Positions 18,833 through 29,198 of a stretch of 64,000 bases of DNA are shown in pieces (position 1 is the first letter of the stretch; the number at the start of each line of letters is the position of its first letter). The stretch is taken from positions 11,388 to 75,387 of the forward strand of contig JBDRWD010000003.1 of NCBI GenBank assembly GCA_039802205.1, read 5' to 3'. The notes beneath the pieces were generated by a model, which saw only the letters and a program-made list of their open reading frames with translations, ran no database searches and was not told the DNA's origin. Made by a program: the position numbers and the translations under genes. This DNA is from a candidate division WOR-3 bacterium (GTDB lineage: Bacteria > Hydrothermota > Tepidihabitantia > SM23-42 > JAOAFX01).

Positions 18833-19586
18833 CAGTCTGCATTAATTTTGGTTCTCGGATGTGGATTTCGCTACCAATGGAAAATGTTGGAATATAATCA
18901 GGATATAGCGAATAATCAAGGCTCAAAGCCCAGTGGCTCTGACCAAAAGGGATTTTTACCGCAAGCCCCTGACGAAAATTCACAGGTGGATACTCCCATT
19001 TTTGAATAAACTTCCGCGGGGTGCCAAAATTTTTCATTGTTGTGCCCAGATAAAGAAAATTTACTGGTCTTAGCATTAAGCCGAAATCACCAACAAACCC
19101 CCAAGCACTTTCACTCTCTAATTGACTACGCACAATTTTACCCCCACCGCCAAAAGATACCTGTTTCTTCTTACCAATGCTCTTCCCATAGCCAACATTC
19201 AATAACATATCTGAATTACGGAATTGGTCAGATTCTCGACCTGCTTCATCACGCCTTATATCAGTTGCCGTTAAATAACAAAGTCCAATGCCGAGTGAAC
19301 CCGCCTTCTTTCCGAGATAAATAGAGGAAGCAAGATTATAATACTGTATAAAACCGAGATGAGACATTGCCATACCTGAAAGATAATAACTGTTTATGAC
19401 ACCCAAACCTGCAGGATTCCAGAATATTGCGTATCCATCATCGCTTAAAGCCGTGAAGGCATTACCCATTGCGACGGGTCGGACACCGACCCCGAGTTTT
19501 AAAAATGTGTAACCGGTTGCCCCGGGCTGCCAGATCTGGGCAAAACAAAAAAATGCCATTGTTGTTAACATTAATGATCTTTGCAT
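18585..19586 (-). CDS. PorV/PorQ-family outer-membrane beta-barrel protein (T9SS-associated)
   Basis: 333 aa. After the signal-like N-terminus comes GATGYTFLKLGVGVRPVAMGNAFTALSDDGYAIFWNPAGLG, the family signature. Beta-strand periodicity continues to the C-terminus. Confidence 0.6.
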   Translation of the reverse strand: MQRSLMLTTMAFFCFAQIWQPGATGYTFLKLGVGVRPVAMGNAFTALSDDGYAIFWNPAGLGVINSYYLSGMAMSHLGFIQYYNLASSIYLGKKAGSLGIGLCYLTATDIRRDEAGRESDQFRNSDMLLNVGYGKSIGKKKQVSFGGGGKIVRSQLESESAWGFVGDFGLMLRPVNFLYLGTTMKNFGTPRKFIQKWEYPPVNFRQGLAVKIPFGQSHWALSLDYSLYPDYIPTFSIGSEIHIREPKLMQTATKALFGQESALSGFSLMAGYQTGYQDLGWSGFSFGFSLEIMIGSGLFLDIGAVALSYGYLGYSERIGIGLNYTPELKKAKK

Positions 19587-19591
19587 GTTAA

Positions 19592-19619
19592 ATTATATTT
19601 TAAATTTGCTCCCAGTCAA
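19592..19619 (-). promoter_or_regulatory. sigma70-type promoter (leaderless layout)
   Basis: On the reverse strand: TTGACT, 16 nt, TATAAT, then 5 nt to the ATG at 19586. Confidence 0.55.
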
Positions 19620-19704
19620 GGGTTCCGAGAGTTTGAACTGCGGTTTTATTCTCTGTGGATAGGTAGAAGATTCAAGCTACCGAATCGGTGGCACAGGTTT
19701 AATC

Positions 19705-19728
19705 CAAGGCTAAAGCCTTGCCCTACAA
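19705..19728. repeat. Solo hairpin module of the dispersed repeat family (copy C)
   Basis: caaggctaaagccttgccctacaa is identical over 24 nt to 59087-59110. It has a GC stem and a TAAA loop. Confidence 0.7.
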
Positions 19729-19757
19729 CTCCAGTCGCGGAGTGTGTTTTAAAAATC

Positions 19758-20963
19758 TCACAAACCCTGCATAGAGAAAGCCAGAGAACTGATGATTCCC
19801 AAGATTAACACTATAGCAAAGATTATTAATGCGGGTGGCATTAATAATTTAAAAGGACCCTTGATGTCTGTCCTAAAATATTCGCAGGTGACACTTAAAC
19901 AGGGATGGACTGGTGATACAACATAACCAAAAAATATGCTTGTATAGATTAAGGTGAAGTTTAAAAGAGTGATTTGGTTGGTGAGCAAGAAGATCGGAAA
20001 TACAATTGAAGAAGGTAAAAGAACCCTACCTGTCGCAACGCCTAAAATAAATCCTGCGATGATACACAATAAAAGAGGTGGGAATGGGATTTGGGCAATC
20101 ACTTTGTCGATTCCTGAAACTTTGAAAATATTCAGGAAATAAAAAAGTCCTAAAATAATGAAAGAAAACCGGTATGGTTTCATTTTTAGGAATATCTGTA
20201 TCAAATCAACTTTTGTCGGGCTGAAGAACATAGCTAGTCCGAATCCAGTCAGCACGCCGATCAATGTTCCAATTTCTTTTAAAGAAAAAACCTTGGAACT
20301 GCGAAAGATAAAATCTAAAAGGGGAGCAACAAGGATTATGATCAGAGGTATTAAAAGATTCTTCAATGAGAATTTATCGATATAGGCGATTTCGCCTTTC
20401 ACCTTATTTAAAAAAAATATCTGTCCAAGTATAGTAGCAATGATCAGGGTAGGGAAGAGATATAAAACTGCATTGTAGATATTTAATCCCACAATTTTGG
20501 TTGTGGCAATCAAATCCGAACTCAAAGGATAAACCAAAATCAAAAGGTGACGGTACCAGATATTTATTGCTACTTTTAAATCATCATCAACCCCTTCGCC
20601 ACTTTTTTCCATTATCGGTGCGGAAAATAACGCACCCCCAGGCATCGGCAATAATCCCATTATTGCCGGCGCAACCGCCATAATCCCTCTTTTGCCAATT
20701 CTTAAATTTCGCACGATGTTGTCCATCTGCCCGCTCTCACGCATTACACCACCAATCATAGGTATGAAAAATACTACAAACACTAAAAGGATCACAGGGA
20801 TATCCGTAAGTGTATTGATAAATATTTTAACAATATTTATAGCCGGGATGGTAAATAAGCCAAGAATGATTGTGCCACAGAAAAGGGCTAACGGAAGATT
20901 TTTTTGCCCGATGATTACTATGAAAATGAAGGCAAGTATAAAACCAATGATAATGAGGGTCAT
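19758..20963 (-). CDS. DUF401-family polytopic membrane protein (putative transporter)
   Basis: 401 aa and about 10-12 predicted TM helices. The motif LLPMPGGALFSAPIM...INIWYRHLL matches what I recall for DUF401/COG1906. Confidence 0.5.
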   Translation of the reverse strand: MTLIIIGFILAFIFIVIIGQKNLPLALFCGTIILGLFTIPAINIVKIFINTLTDIPVILLVFVVFFIPMIGGVMRESGQMDNIVRNLRIGKRGIMAVAPAIMGLLPMPGGALFSAPIMEKSGEGVDDDLKVAINIWYRHLLILVYPLSSDLIATTKIVGLNIYNAVLYLFPTLIIATILGQIFFLNKVKGEIAYIDKFSLKNLLIPLIIILVAPLLDFIFRSSKVFSLKEIGTLIGVLTGFGLAMFFSPTKVDLIQIFLKMKPYRFSFIILGLFYFLNIFKVSGIDKVIAQIPFPPLLLCIIAGFILGVATGRVLLPSSIVFPIFLLTNQITLLNFTLIYTSIFFGYVVSPVHPCLSVTCEYFRTDIKGPFKLLMPPALIIFAIVLILGIISSLAFSMQGL

Positions 20964-22060
20964 ATTTTATGGGATTTTAAGCCTGTGCCGGTAAAAGTTG
21001 ATACAATCAATTCTTTTTTCTTTGTAATCTTCAAATATCTTTTCACTCCAGCAACTGCGGTTGCTGAGGTGGGTTCGATATAAATTCCTAATTTATAGAT
21101 TTCTTCCAAAGCTTGCTTGATTTCTTTTTCACTAACAGTGAAAATAATTCCTTCTGATTCTTTTATTGCCGAGATAATCTGGACTGCCCGTGGTGGTCTG
21201 CCAACACTTATTCCATCAGCGATTGTAGGTTTAATTGTGAATTCGGGAATTCGGTTAGTATTATTTTTGAACATCCAGTAGATGGGCGCACAATTCTGGG
21301 ACTGAACACCTATAAGTTTGGGCATCTTTTTTATAAGTTTCTGGTTAAGTAATTCCTTGAATCCGATATAAGCTCCCAATAAGAGTGTGCCATTGCCAAT
21401 GGGCAGGACGATGGCATCTGGTGCTTTCCAAGTCAATTGTTCCACAATCTCGTAGGCGAATGTCTTGGTGCCATGTAAAAAATATGGATTATAATAATGA
21501 CTGGCATAATATATTTTTTCAGAAAGTTTTAAGGCGACCCTTGCGGTTTCATCTCTATCGCCCTGAACGATGTATAATTTTGCACCATACGCCTTTATCT
21601 GATTTAATTTCTCTTCACTGGTATTCTCAGGCACCAGTACGGTACATTCAATCCCGGCTTTTGCGCAATATGCACTCACCGCACTTCCCGCATTACCCGA
21701 AGAGTCAATCAAAACTTTTTTTATACCAAGTTCTTTAATTTTGCTCACCAGAACCGATGCCCCGCGGTCTTTAAAAGAACCGGTAGGAAAGAGAAAATCC
21801 ATTTTGAATAATACTGTCTTTTTTTCTATGGGAATTTCAACGAGTGGAGTAAACCCTTCGTTAAAGGAAATAATATTTTTGTCGTCTTTCAGTGGAAGCA
21901 TTTCTCGGTAACGCCAGAGCGAAATTGCTCTTCTGCTCAATTCCCTACGGGGGAGGAGGCTGGTGATTTCTAAATCCAGTATTCCGCCACATTGGCATTG
22001 CCATAATGATTTATAATCAGGGTAACTTTTTTTGCAAGTTCGGCAGATGAGATTTATCAT
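20960..22060 (-). CDS. thrC: Threonine-synthase-family PLP enzyme with an N-terminal Cys4 zinc ribbon
   Basis: 366 aa. CRTCKKSY...CQCGG is followed by FPTGSFKDRGASVLVS (PLP-lysine motif) and SSGNAGSAVSAYCA. The exact substrate is not certain. Confidence 0.65.
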   Translation of the reverse strand: MINLICRTCKKSYPDYKSLWQCQCGGILDLEITSLLPRRELSRRAISLWRYREMLPLKDDKNIISFNEGFTPLVEIPIEKKTVLFKMDFLFPTGSFKDRGASVLVSKIKELGIKKVLIDSSGNAGSAVSAYCAKAGIECTVLVPENTSEEKLNQIKAYGAKLYIVQGDRDETARVALKLSEKIYYASHYYNPYFLHGTKTFAYEIVEQLTWKAPDAIVLPIGNGTLLLGAYIGFKELLNQKLIKKMPKLIGVQSQNCAPIYWMFKNNTNRIPEFTIKPTIADGISVGRPPRAVQIISAIKESEGIIFTVSEKEIKQALEEIYKLGIYIEPTSATAVAGVKRYLKITKKKELIVSTFTGTGLKSHKI

Positions 22061-22068
22061 GGTTGGTT

Positions 22069-22096
22069 ATTATATACCAAAATGGTGGAAAGTCAA
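22069..22096 (-). promoter_or_regulatory. sigma70-type promoter (leaderless layout)
   Basis: On the reverse strand: TTGACT, 16 nt, TATAAT, then 8 nt to the ATG at 22060. Confidence 0.55.
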
Positions 22097-22210
22097 TCAG
22101 GACCATTCTTGAGAGGTTTCTGAGCAACAAAAATAGTTAGGAGATATTTATCTTTAGGATAACCTATTAAAGGAAGTGGTAAAAAAAGTTACTTGAACAA
22201 TTAAGGCTGT

Positions 22211-23608
22211 TTAGTAGGAAGAATTGAGAATATGGATGGCTTTATTGTAAAAATTTTCTGCGGCTTCTCCTATGGCCTCGGTGAGTGTGGGGTGGGGATG
22301 GATGATTTCCGCAAGGTCATTTACCTTCAGTCCTTGCTCAAGGGCCAATACTGCCTCGCCGATCAGACTTGGTGATTCGGCACCGAGTATGTGTATACCC
22401 AGGATTTTCCCTTCTTCGGTCGCGACAATCTTAACCATTCCTTCGGTCTCAAGCATTGACAATGCCTTCCCCGAGGCTCGGTAAGGAAACCTTCCAATTT
22501 TTACTTTCAGACCTTGCTCCAGTGCTTCTTTTTCAGTTAGTCCCACGGATGCGAAAGGCGGAATGGTGAAGACACAGGCAGGTATTGCGTGAGAATTTTT
22601 ATTTGTCCGAAGCCCACCGATGATCTCTGCCACTTCTATTCCCTGTTTTGTTGCCTTATGCGCCAGCAGCGGTGGTCCGATTATATCACCAACCGCAAAG
22701 ATGTTCCTGATATTGGTACGGTATGAATCATCAACCACAATGTACCCCTTTTTATCACATTCGATACCAAAATTTTTGAATGCACTATTCGTCGGTTTTC
22801 TGCCCACGGTAATCAGAATACGATTGAAGTCCTCATGGATGCTAATGCCGGGTCCCTGAATTCTCACATTTATTTTATCTCCTTCGATTTGATAATCCAG
22901 AACCGTGGACTGGAGCAGGATTTCTATGCCCTTTTTTTTCAGAACCTTAAACAGAGTAGCACAGAGTTCAGGTTCCATACCCGGTAGTATCTGCTCCATT
23001 ATCTCTACAATTTTTACCTTACTTCCTAAGGCTGCATAGATGGTGGCAAGTTCTAAACCGCAGGCACCAGCACCGACAACCAGTAGTTTTTCGGGAATAT
23101 CATCTAAGCGCAGGGCATCATCGGTGTTAGTAATAAATCGACCATCAAATTCAAATCCCGGGAGGGCTATGATTTCAGTGCCGGTGGCAATTACAATATT
23201 CTCGGCTTCAATATATTCCACGGTGTCGTTGCTTTTTAGTTCAATCTTATGCTCTGAAATGATTTTTGCCTGAGCTTTTTTCCATTCCACATGGTTATTT
23301 TTGAAAAGATACTCAATCCCACCACGCAATCTTTTTACGACCCCTTCAGTATGATTACGGAGGGCAGTCAGATCCAGACCGTTATTTGCTATGTTTATAC
23401 CGATGTGCTGGACTTTTTGGAGATTTTCTAACATTTCGGCAGCAAAGCTTAATGTTTTGGTTGGAATGCAGCCCCGGTTCAAACAAACACCACCAAGTTC
23501 GCATGCTTCCACCACCAGGACCTTTTTCTTTAACTGACCGAGGCGAATCGCACAGGGATAGCCACCTGGGCCAGCTCCGATTATTACCGCATCAAAAATT
23601 GCGCCCAT
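22211..23608 (-). CDS. lpdA: Dihydrolipoyl dehydrogenase
   Basis: FDAVIIGAGPGG, the redox disulfide GGVCLNRGCIPTK and the C-terminal HPHPTLTE. The track start (TTG at 23635) overlaps the rpoD stop. The ATG at 23608 (MGAIFDAVIIG) is preferred. Confidence 0.85.
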   Translation of the reverse strand: MGAIFDAVIIGAGPGGYPCAIRLGQLKKKVLVVEACELGGVCLNRGCIPTKTLSFAAEMLENLQKVQHIGINIANNGLDLTALRNHTEGVVKRLRGGIEYLFKNNHVEWKKAQAKIISEHKIELKSNDTVEYIEAENIVIATGTEIIALPGFEFDGRFITNTDDALRLDDIPEKLLVVGAGACGLELATIYAALGSKVKIVEIMEQILPGMEPELCATLFKVLKKKGIEILLQSTVLDYQIEGDKINVRIQGPGISIHEDFNRILITVGRKPTNSAFKNFGIECDKKGYIVVDDSYRTNIRNIFAVGDIIGPPLLAHKATKQGIEVAEIIGGLRTNKNSHAIPACVFTIPPFASVGLTEKEALEQGLKVKIGRFPYRASGKALSMLETEGMVKIVATEEGKILGIHILGAESPSLIGEAVLALEQGLKVNDLAEIIHPHPTLTEAIGEAAENFYNKAIHILNSSY

Positions 23609-23621
23609 AAGGGAAGATTGC

Positions 23622-25190
23622 TTATTCCATTTCAATCAGGTCCTTGAAAACCTGGAGTTTACGCAAACGGGTGGGATGACGGAGTTTGCGCAGTGCCTTG
23701 GCTTCAATCTGTCTTACCCTTTCCCTCGTAATATTGAACATACGTCCAACTTCTTCAAGGGTCTTGGGTGTGCCATTGCCTAGACCAAAACGAAGGCGAA
23801 TGATCTTCTCTTCTCTTTTGGGCAGGTCTTTTAAGATTTCATTGAACCGGTCCTTAAGAATAGATATCGCCGCTCTCCTTGAGGGTGAATCGGACATGGG
23901 ATTGCTGATAAAATCGCCGACGAAGCTTGATTCTTCATCATCAATAGGTTTATCAAGCGAAATAGGAATTAGTGAGATATTTTGGACCATGCGGACTTTA
24001 TCCGTGGGTAAATCTAAATGTTGGGCAATCTCTTCGATCGTGGGCTCGCGTCCCAGGTTCTGGGTCATATCCCGCTGGGCACGGGCGACTTTATTCATGG
24101 TATCAAGAATATGTGCCGGCACCCTCACGGTTCGCGCCTGATCTCCAATCGCTCGGGTTATTGCCTGTCTTATCCACCAGGTGGCATAGGTGGAAAATTT
24201 GTAGCCCTTACGGTAATCAAACTTCTCAACTGCCTTGATTAATCCGTTGTTCCCTTCACCCACTAAATCGGCAAATTCCAGGCCGCGATTCACATACTTC
24301 TTGGCAATGGAGATTACCAGACGCACATTGCCTTCAATCATCCTCTGGCGGGAACGGTTGATCATGTTTTCAAGATTCTCAATCACTTTTAAAGAAAAAC
24401 TTGCCCGCTCCGGGTCATTACCGAGTTCCGCAAGCAGTTTCTTTCTCTCCTTGTTCAAAAGATTAATTCCCTCTTGATTGCGCATCCGGAGCAGGGTCTT
24501 GTCGATTTTTTCCAAGCGTTCAATCGTCTCTTTAAACTTCTGGATGGCACAATTGACCACATTATGCTGGAGGGCAAGTTTTTCAATTGCCTTTCTCACC
24601 CGTTCTTCTTTGTGAAAGATTATCCCCTGGAGCATCTTGGAATGGTCTTTTTCGGCTTTTTTGTAATACTTCAGCAAGATATTGTAATCCCTTTCCAGCG
24701 ATTTTACCCGGCGGATAAATTTCTGACGTTCAGCCCAGAAGGTATGTTTATCCATGATCGCCTCAATCTCCACCCGGGAAATCTGGTCTAGGCTTTTCTT
24801 GCCAAGTTCCACTTGTTTACAAACGGCGATCAATTCATACAAAGCGCAGGGATAACGGAGAAATTCTTTGACAATCATTCGGTATCCCTGTTCGGTCTTC
24901 ACCGAGAATTCGTATTCTTCGTCCTTGGTTAAAAGGTCATACCGTGCAAGTTCCCGGAAATAGGCCCTTATCGGTTCTTCAGCCCGCTGCACACTTTTTG
25001 CTGTTTCCGATTTAGGAATTTCTTCTTCTTCACTTTGTACTATGACAATCCCATTCCGCGCGAGTAAATCAAGGACTTCGTCAATCTCTTCCGGGGTGAC
25101 ATTCTCTGGGATGAGATTGTTAATTTCGTTTATGGTAATCTTGCCTGTCTCTTTTGCTTTTTCGAAGATTTTTTGAGAATATTTCACCAT
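23622..25190 (-). CDS. rpoD: Primary RNA polymerase sigma factor
   Basis: 522 aa. Region 2 ([14 protein letters not shown]) and region 4.2 ([30 protein letters not shown]). It follows dnaG. Confidence 0.9.
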   Translation of the reverse strand: MVKYSQKIFEKAKETGKITINEINNLIPENVTPEEIDEVLDLLARNGIVIVQSEEEEIPKSETAKSVQRAEEPIRAYFRELARYDLLTKDEEYEFSVKTEQGYRMIVKEFLRYPCALYELIAVCKQVELGKKSLDQISRVEIEAIMDKHTFWAERQKFIRRVKSLERDYNILLKYYKKAEKDHSKMLQGIIFHKEERVRKAIEKLALQHNVVNCAIQKFKETIERLEKIDKTLLRMRNQEGINLLNKERKKLLAELGNDPERASFSLKVIENLENMINRSRQRMIEGNVRLVISIAKKYVNRGLEFADLVGEGNNGLIKAVEKFDYRKGYKFSTYATWWIRQAITRAIGDQARTVRVPAHILDTMNKVARAQRDMTQNLGREPTIEEIAQHLDLPTDKVRMVQNISLIPISLDKPIDDEESSFVGDFISNPMSDSPSRRAAISILKDRFNEILKDLPKREEKIIRLRFGLGNGTPKTLEEVGRMFNITRERVRQIEAKALRKLRHPTRLRKLQVFKDLIEME

Positions 25191-25191
25191 T

Positions 25192-26847
25192 TTACTCCTT
25201 TTTAATTTTAAGTAATTCTTGGTACTTTTTCAGAGACTCATCGTCTCCGGTTTTAATTGCCTCGCTGATTTTGGTTTTTAATTTCTTTCTTAAGATGTTC
25301 TTTTTATACGCTTTCAAAGTTTGAACAAAGTCTTCCTCGGTAAGTCTTTCAGCCTCAATGAGCGAGGCCAAAATTTTATTTTTTAAGTCTTCCTCAATAT
25401 TTAAATCAAATATTTCTTGCACCGAAAAGTTTTCTTGTTTTAATAAGAACTCAAATAATTTTTTCACGCGCATATCACTGAAATCATCCAAAGAAATGAT
25501 TTCCCGCGCATGATTAAAATATTTTAAATTATTGAGTATTAAAGACATCAATTTTTCTTCAGGCGTGATAACTTTTTTTGTCGTTTTTTCCGGAGCCGGT
25601 GTTTTTTTACTACCCATTCCACCAGCCACTTTCCTCCGCAGCACATCTATCGGAATATCAAAAACTTGGGCAGTATGCCGCAAGTAGCGGTCCAGTCGTA
25701 TCGGGTCATGAATCTTACTGATAATCTCGATCAATTCCTTGATTAAATTCACCTCGTCTTCAACACTTTTTATCTCGGTCACCTTTTTATAAAAGGTGAA
25801 AAAATCGGCTGCCGAGTTAATCAGCATATGCAAAGCTTCAATTCCTTTTTCTTTTATGAATTCATCAGGGTCGTAATCCTCAGGAATTTCTACAATATGG
25901 ACATCTACTTGGGCGTTGATCAATATCCCGATGGACCGGAGTGCAGCCTTGATACCCGAGAGGTCTCCGTCAAATAGGATGTTCGCCTTTTGTGCATATC
26001 TTGAAATCAATACCGCTTGATTCTCGGTCAAGGCGGTTCCCAAGGGAGCACAGAGATTTTTTACTCCTGCTTGGAAAAGACTGAGCAGGTCGAAATAACC
26101 CTCGACAATTATGGCCTCAGCTTTTGCCTTTATCGCTTCCTTCGCCTGGTATAAACCATAAAGGACATCACCTTTCTTAAAGATTGGGGTTTCGGGTGAA
26201 TTGAGATATTTGGGTTGGATCCAGTCATCAACTCTCCGGCCTCCGAAGCCGATGACCCGACCGGCAAGGTTAAAGATGGGAAAGATTATCCGGTCATGGA
26301 AGAGTTCACGATTCTGTGCTACCAGCCCTGCATTTATGAGTTTTTCAATATTTATCCCCTTCTGCCGCATAAAGGTAATCAGACCCCCGGAACTTGGTGC
26401 ATAACCAAGACGGAAATCCTTTAGTTTTTCTATATCAATACGCCGTTCTTTAAGATAATTCTGTCCTCTCCGTCCGATTTCTTTTGTCAGGACTAGGGAA
26501 TAAAACTGTGTTGCGAGTTCATTGATCTCGTATAATTCTTTATATTTGAGATTTTTCGTGGTGTCAATTTCGATTCCCAAATTCTTGGCGAGACGGCGCA
26601 GGGCATCAGGAAAATCAAGATGTTCATATTCCATCAAGAAATTCAACGCATTGCCGCCTTTTTTACAGCCAAAACAGTAGTAAATTCCCTTCTCGGGACT
26701 CACATAGAAGGAGGGCGTTCTTTCGGAATGAAATGGACAAAGAGCGCGATAATTCTTTCCCACTTTCTTCAAAGGGAGATACTGGGATATTAAATCCACA
26801 ATATCGGTCTGTCGAACAATTTCTTCGATCTTTTCGCGTTCAATCAT
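25192..26847 (-). CDS. dnaG: DNA primase
   Basis: Zinc finger [13 protein letters not shown]...CFGC and a TOPRIM EGYFD motif. The ATG at 26847 ([11 protein letters not shown]) is chosen because the longer track ORF would overlap mutS2. Confidence 0.9.
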   Translation of the reverse strand: MIEREKIEEIVRQTDIVDLISQYLPLKKVGKNYRALCPFHSERTPSFYVSPEKGIYYCFGCKKGGNALNFLMEYEHLDFPDALRRLAKNLGIEIDTTKNLKYKELYEINELATQFYSLVLTKEIGRRGQNYLKERRIDIEKLKDFRLGYAPSSGGLITFMRQKGINIEKLINAGLVAQNRELFHDRIIFPIFNLAGRVIGFGGRRVDDWIQPKYLNSPETPIFKKGDVLYGLYQAKEAIKAKAEAIIVEGYFDLLSLFQAGVKNLCAPLGTALTENQAVLISRYAQKANILFDGDLSGIKAALRSIGILINAQVDVHIVEIPEDYDPDEFIKEKGIEALHMLINSAADFFTFYKKVTEIKSVEDEVNLIKELIEIISKIHDPIRLDRYLRHTAQVFDIPIDVLRRKVAGGMGSKKTPAPEKTTKKVITPEEKLMSLILNNLKYFNHAREIISLDDFSDMRVKKLFEFLLKQENFSVQEIFDLNIEEDLKNKILASLIEAERLTEEDFVQTLKAYKKNILRKKLKTKISEAIKTGDDESLKKYQELLKIKKE

Positions 26848-26848
26848 T

Positions 26849-28777
26849 TTACTTTGCTCCAGGTTCAATTTCTTCGGGTTTTGCCCAAAAGACCAGATTG
26901 TCAAAACCGATCTTGTAGCGATCCTGGGTGCGAGCAAGAACCACTCCGGTTTTATTTGAGCCTCTTATGCGCACCCATTCGCCGAGTTGCGGATAATAAG
27001 GTTCTCTTTTTTCCTGTTGCAATTTTTCATTAAAAAATTCTTTGGTCTCTTTAATCAATTCCGGTTTTGGCCCTTCTTTTTTTAAGGCTTTTATCAGTTC
27101 TTCAATATGGTGTTTGGCTCTAATTAATTCTTTCTGGTATTTCTCCTTTATATCCTCAACTTCTTTTTTCTTTTTGGCTTGGAATTCAGCGAGCTTAGTT
27201 TCGTAGGTCGCAATCAACTGCGCAAGTCTTTCTTTTTCACACTGGACTGCACTCAACTCTTTTGACAGATTTTCTAAAAGTTCGTTTAGTGTTTCTTTTT
27301 CTTTATCCAGATAAAGCCGTGCTTTTTCCAACACTCCTTTATCCAATCCCATCTGCTCCGCCAGTTTCAATGCATTGCTCGGCTGAGGAATTCCGAGTAT
27401 CAAACGATAAGTGGGACGGTCGGTGAATTCCATCCCAGCATTGAGCATTTCTTTTTTCTTGCTCACATATAACTTCAAATTCTCATTATGGGTTGTGGCT
27501 AAGACAATGTCATTGCGCCGGGCGAATTCTTCCATAATTGCTGCAGCGAGTGCCGAACCTTCTTCAACAGAGGTCTGATTCATCAGTTCGTCAAGAAGGA
27601 TAAGATTATTTCCACCCCGAGCATCAAGTGCTGATTTTATCTGCAAAAGGTGGGCAGCAAAGGTGGAGAGATCGGATTCAAGGCTCTGTTCATCACCAAT
27701 ATCGGCATAGATTTCGCCAAAAAACGGAATGGTGGTTCCTTCGTCCGCAGGGATAAAGATGCCGCATTTTGCCATGAGCGCAAGTAGTCCAACGGTTTTT
27801 AAAACCACAGTCTTTCCACCGGCATTGGGTCCAGAGATTAAAAGCACATTTTTTCCGACGGGTAAATCGAGGTTTAGCGGCACAACATCTTTTTTCAAAT
27901 GTTTCAGTAAGGGATGATAGCCATTTTTTATGAAAAGATGTTTATCAAAGATGGGCATGGCACAGTGGTAATCTTCGGCATACCTTACTTTTGCAAAAAG
28001 GAGATCAAGCTCTGCAGCATAATCCACATCCGCTTCAATATCATCAATGACCAGTTTTACTTTCGCAGTCAGTTCTTTAAGAATATTCACTATCTCATCC
28101 TGTTCTTTTTTTTCCAGTTCCATAAGCTCTGCACCAAATTCCACGATCGGCAATGGTTCAATGAAGACCGTTTCCCCGGAGTTTGAATAGGCATGGACTA
28201 AGCCCGGGAGTTGATTTTTTAAGTTCGCCTTCACAGGCAGGACATACCGACTGTTGCGTTCCACGATATTCAATTCGGTAAAGAGATGGGGCTGGGCGGT
28301 AAGTATTTCCCGGAGTCGGGAATAGATTTGATTATGGAGTGCTTGTTTTCGCATTCTAATCTTAGACAACACAGGTGATGCCTCATTCTTTATCTCTTTA
28401 TTGTCATCTATCTTGTTATTTATCTCTTCAATGAGCTTATCATACTCATGAAACCTATTGAAATAATCTCTCAATCTTCCTTTCGTATAGCGCACCTTTA
28501 AGGTGTGTAAATGAGTAAGAAACAGGCGCAGGGTATGGAGGACTTCAATATCGAGGTATGGGTAAAGTGTAATCAGGCGTCGTAACTCGTTCGGTGCAAA
28601 GGGGATATAAAAATCCACCTTCTCGCCGGATTTTCTGATGTCTTCTATCCGATTGAGTTCCCACTGGGCATTTGCGCAATCTCGAAATTGTCCAATATTC
28701 AATGCCTTATCTTTTCCGGCTGGACTCTGACAGTACTCAGCAAGGATTTTTAGAACTTTAGGGAGTTCAAGAACCAA
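26849..28777 (-). CDS. mutS2: MutS2-family ATPase lacking a C-terminal Smr domain
   Basis: 642 aa. Walker A GPNAGGKT, LLDEL, a coiled coil and then a short KOW-like tail. No Smr-like segment is visible. Confidence 0.7.
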   Translation of the reverse strand: MVLELPKVLKILAEYCQSPAGKDKALNIGQFRDCANAQWELNRIEDIRKSGEKVDFYIPFAPNELRRLITLYPYLDIEVLHTLRLFLTHLHTLKVRYTKGRLRDYFNRFHEYDKLIEEINNKIDDNKEIKNEASPVLSKIRMRKQALHNQIYSRLREILTAQPHLFTELNIVERNSRYVLPVKANLKNQLPGLVHAYSNSGETVFIEPLPIVEFGAELMELEKKEQDEIVNILKELTAKVKLVIDDIEADVDYAAELDLLFAKVRYAEDYHCAMPIFDKHLFIKNGYHPLLKHLKKDVVPLNLDLPVGKNVLLISGPNAGGKTVVLKTVGLLALMAKCGIFIPADEGTTIPFFGEIYADIGDEQSLESDLSTFAAHLLQIKSALDARGGNNLILLDELMNQTSVEEGSALAAAIMEEFARRNDIVLATTHNENLKLYVSKKKEMLNAGMEFTDRPTYRLILGIPQPSNALKLAEQMGLDKGVLEKARLYLDKEKETLNELLENLSKELSAVQCEKERLAQLIATYETKLAEFQAKKKKEVEDIKEKYQKELIRAKHHIEELIKALKKEGPKPELIKETKEFFNEKLQQEKREPYYPQLGEWVRIRGSNKTGVVLARTQDRYKIGFDNLVFWAKPEEIEPGAK

Positions 28778-28794
28778 TTCCGCATGGGTTCTTT

Positions 28795-28989
28795 CTATAA
28801 TTCCTCCCGCTGTCTTTTTAGTTCTTTTTTCCTTGCAGCGAGCAAGCGCCTTTTTCTTCTTTCGCTCGGTTTTTCATAGACTTCGTGCTTCTTAATAGCA
28901 CGAAGAATACCGGCGCGCTCCACCGATTTTCTAAATCGGCGCATTGCATTATCGAAAGATTCGCCTTCATAGACGACGATCTTGGTCAT
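28795..28989 (-). CDS. rpsU: 30S ribosomal protein S21
   Basis: 64 aa: MTKIVVYEGESFDNAMRRFRKSVERAGILRAIKKHEVYEKPSERRKRR. A GGAGGTG Shine-Dalgarno sequence lies upstream. Confidence 0.9.
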   Translation of the reverse strand: MTKIVVYEGESFDNAMRRFRKSVERAGILRAIKKHEVYEKPSERRKRRLLAARKKELKRQREEL

Positions 28990-29080
28990 TTATTCTAACA
29001 CCTCCTTTCTTTTTTAATTTAAAAAAATAGCCAAGCTTTTTTGGTTTTTGATCGTGAAAAATAAAGCTTTCACTATATAT

Positions 29081-29108
29081 AATATATAGAATTTTTGTCC
29101 AATGTCAA
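29081..29108 (-). promoter_or_regulatory. sigma70-type promoter of the rpsU-mutS2-dnaG-rpoD-lpd operon
   Basis: On the reverse strand: TTGACA (29108-29103), 16 nt, TATATT. A leader with GGAGG follows. Confidence 0.5.
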
Positions 29109-29130
29109 GGGGATAGATGCATTTTACCCC

Positions 29131-29158
29131 TTGACGATTTTTCATCTACGAGTATAAT
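29131..29158 (+). promoter_or_regulatory. sigma70-type promoter of lexA-dinB-dnaE2
   Basis: TTGACG (29131-29136), 16 nt, TATAAT (29153-29158). Confidence 0.6.
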
Positions 29159-29160
29159 AT

Positions 29161-29184
29161 ATATGTAAACAAATGTTTACATAT
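29161..29184. promoter_or_regulatory. Candidate LexA operator (SOS box)
   Basis: Perfect 10-bp inverted repeat ATATGTAAAC-AAAT-GTTTACATAT. It starts 3 nt after the -10 box and ends 14 nt before the lexA ATG. The core is AAC-N4-GTT. Confidence 0.6.
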
Positions 29185-29198
29185 AACAAAGGAGATTT

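Noticed and set aside
26848-26937. Extended start of dnaG (track start 26937)
   Set aside because: It would overlap the mutS2 3' end by 89 nt. The internal ATG at 26847 gives the canonical primase N-terminus, one nucleotide after the mutS2 stop.
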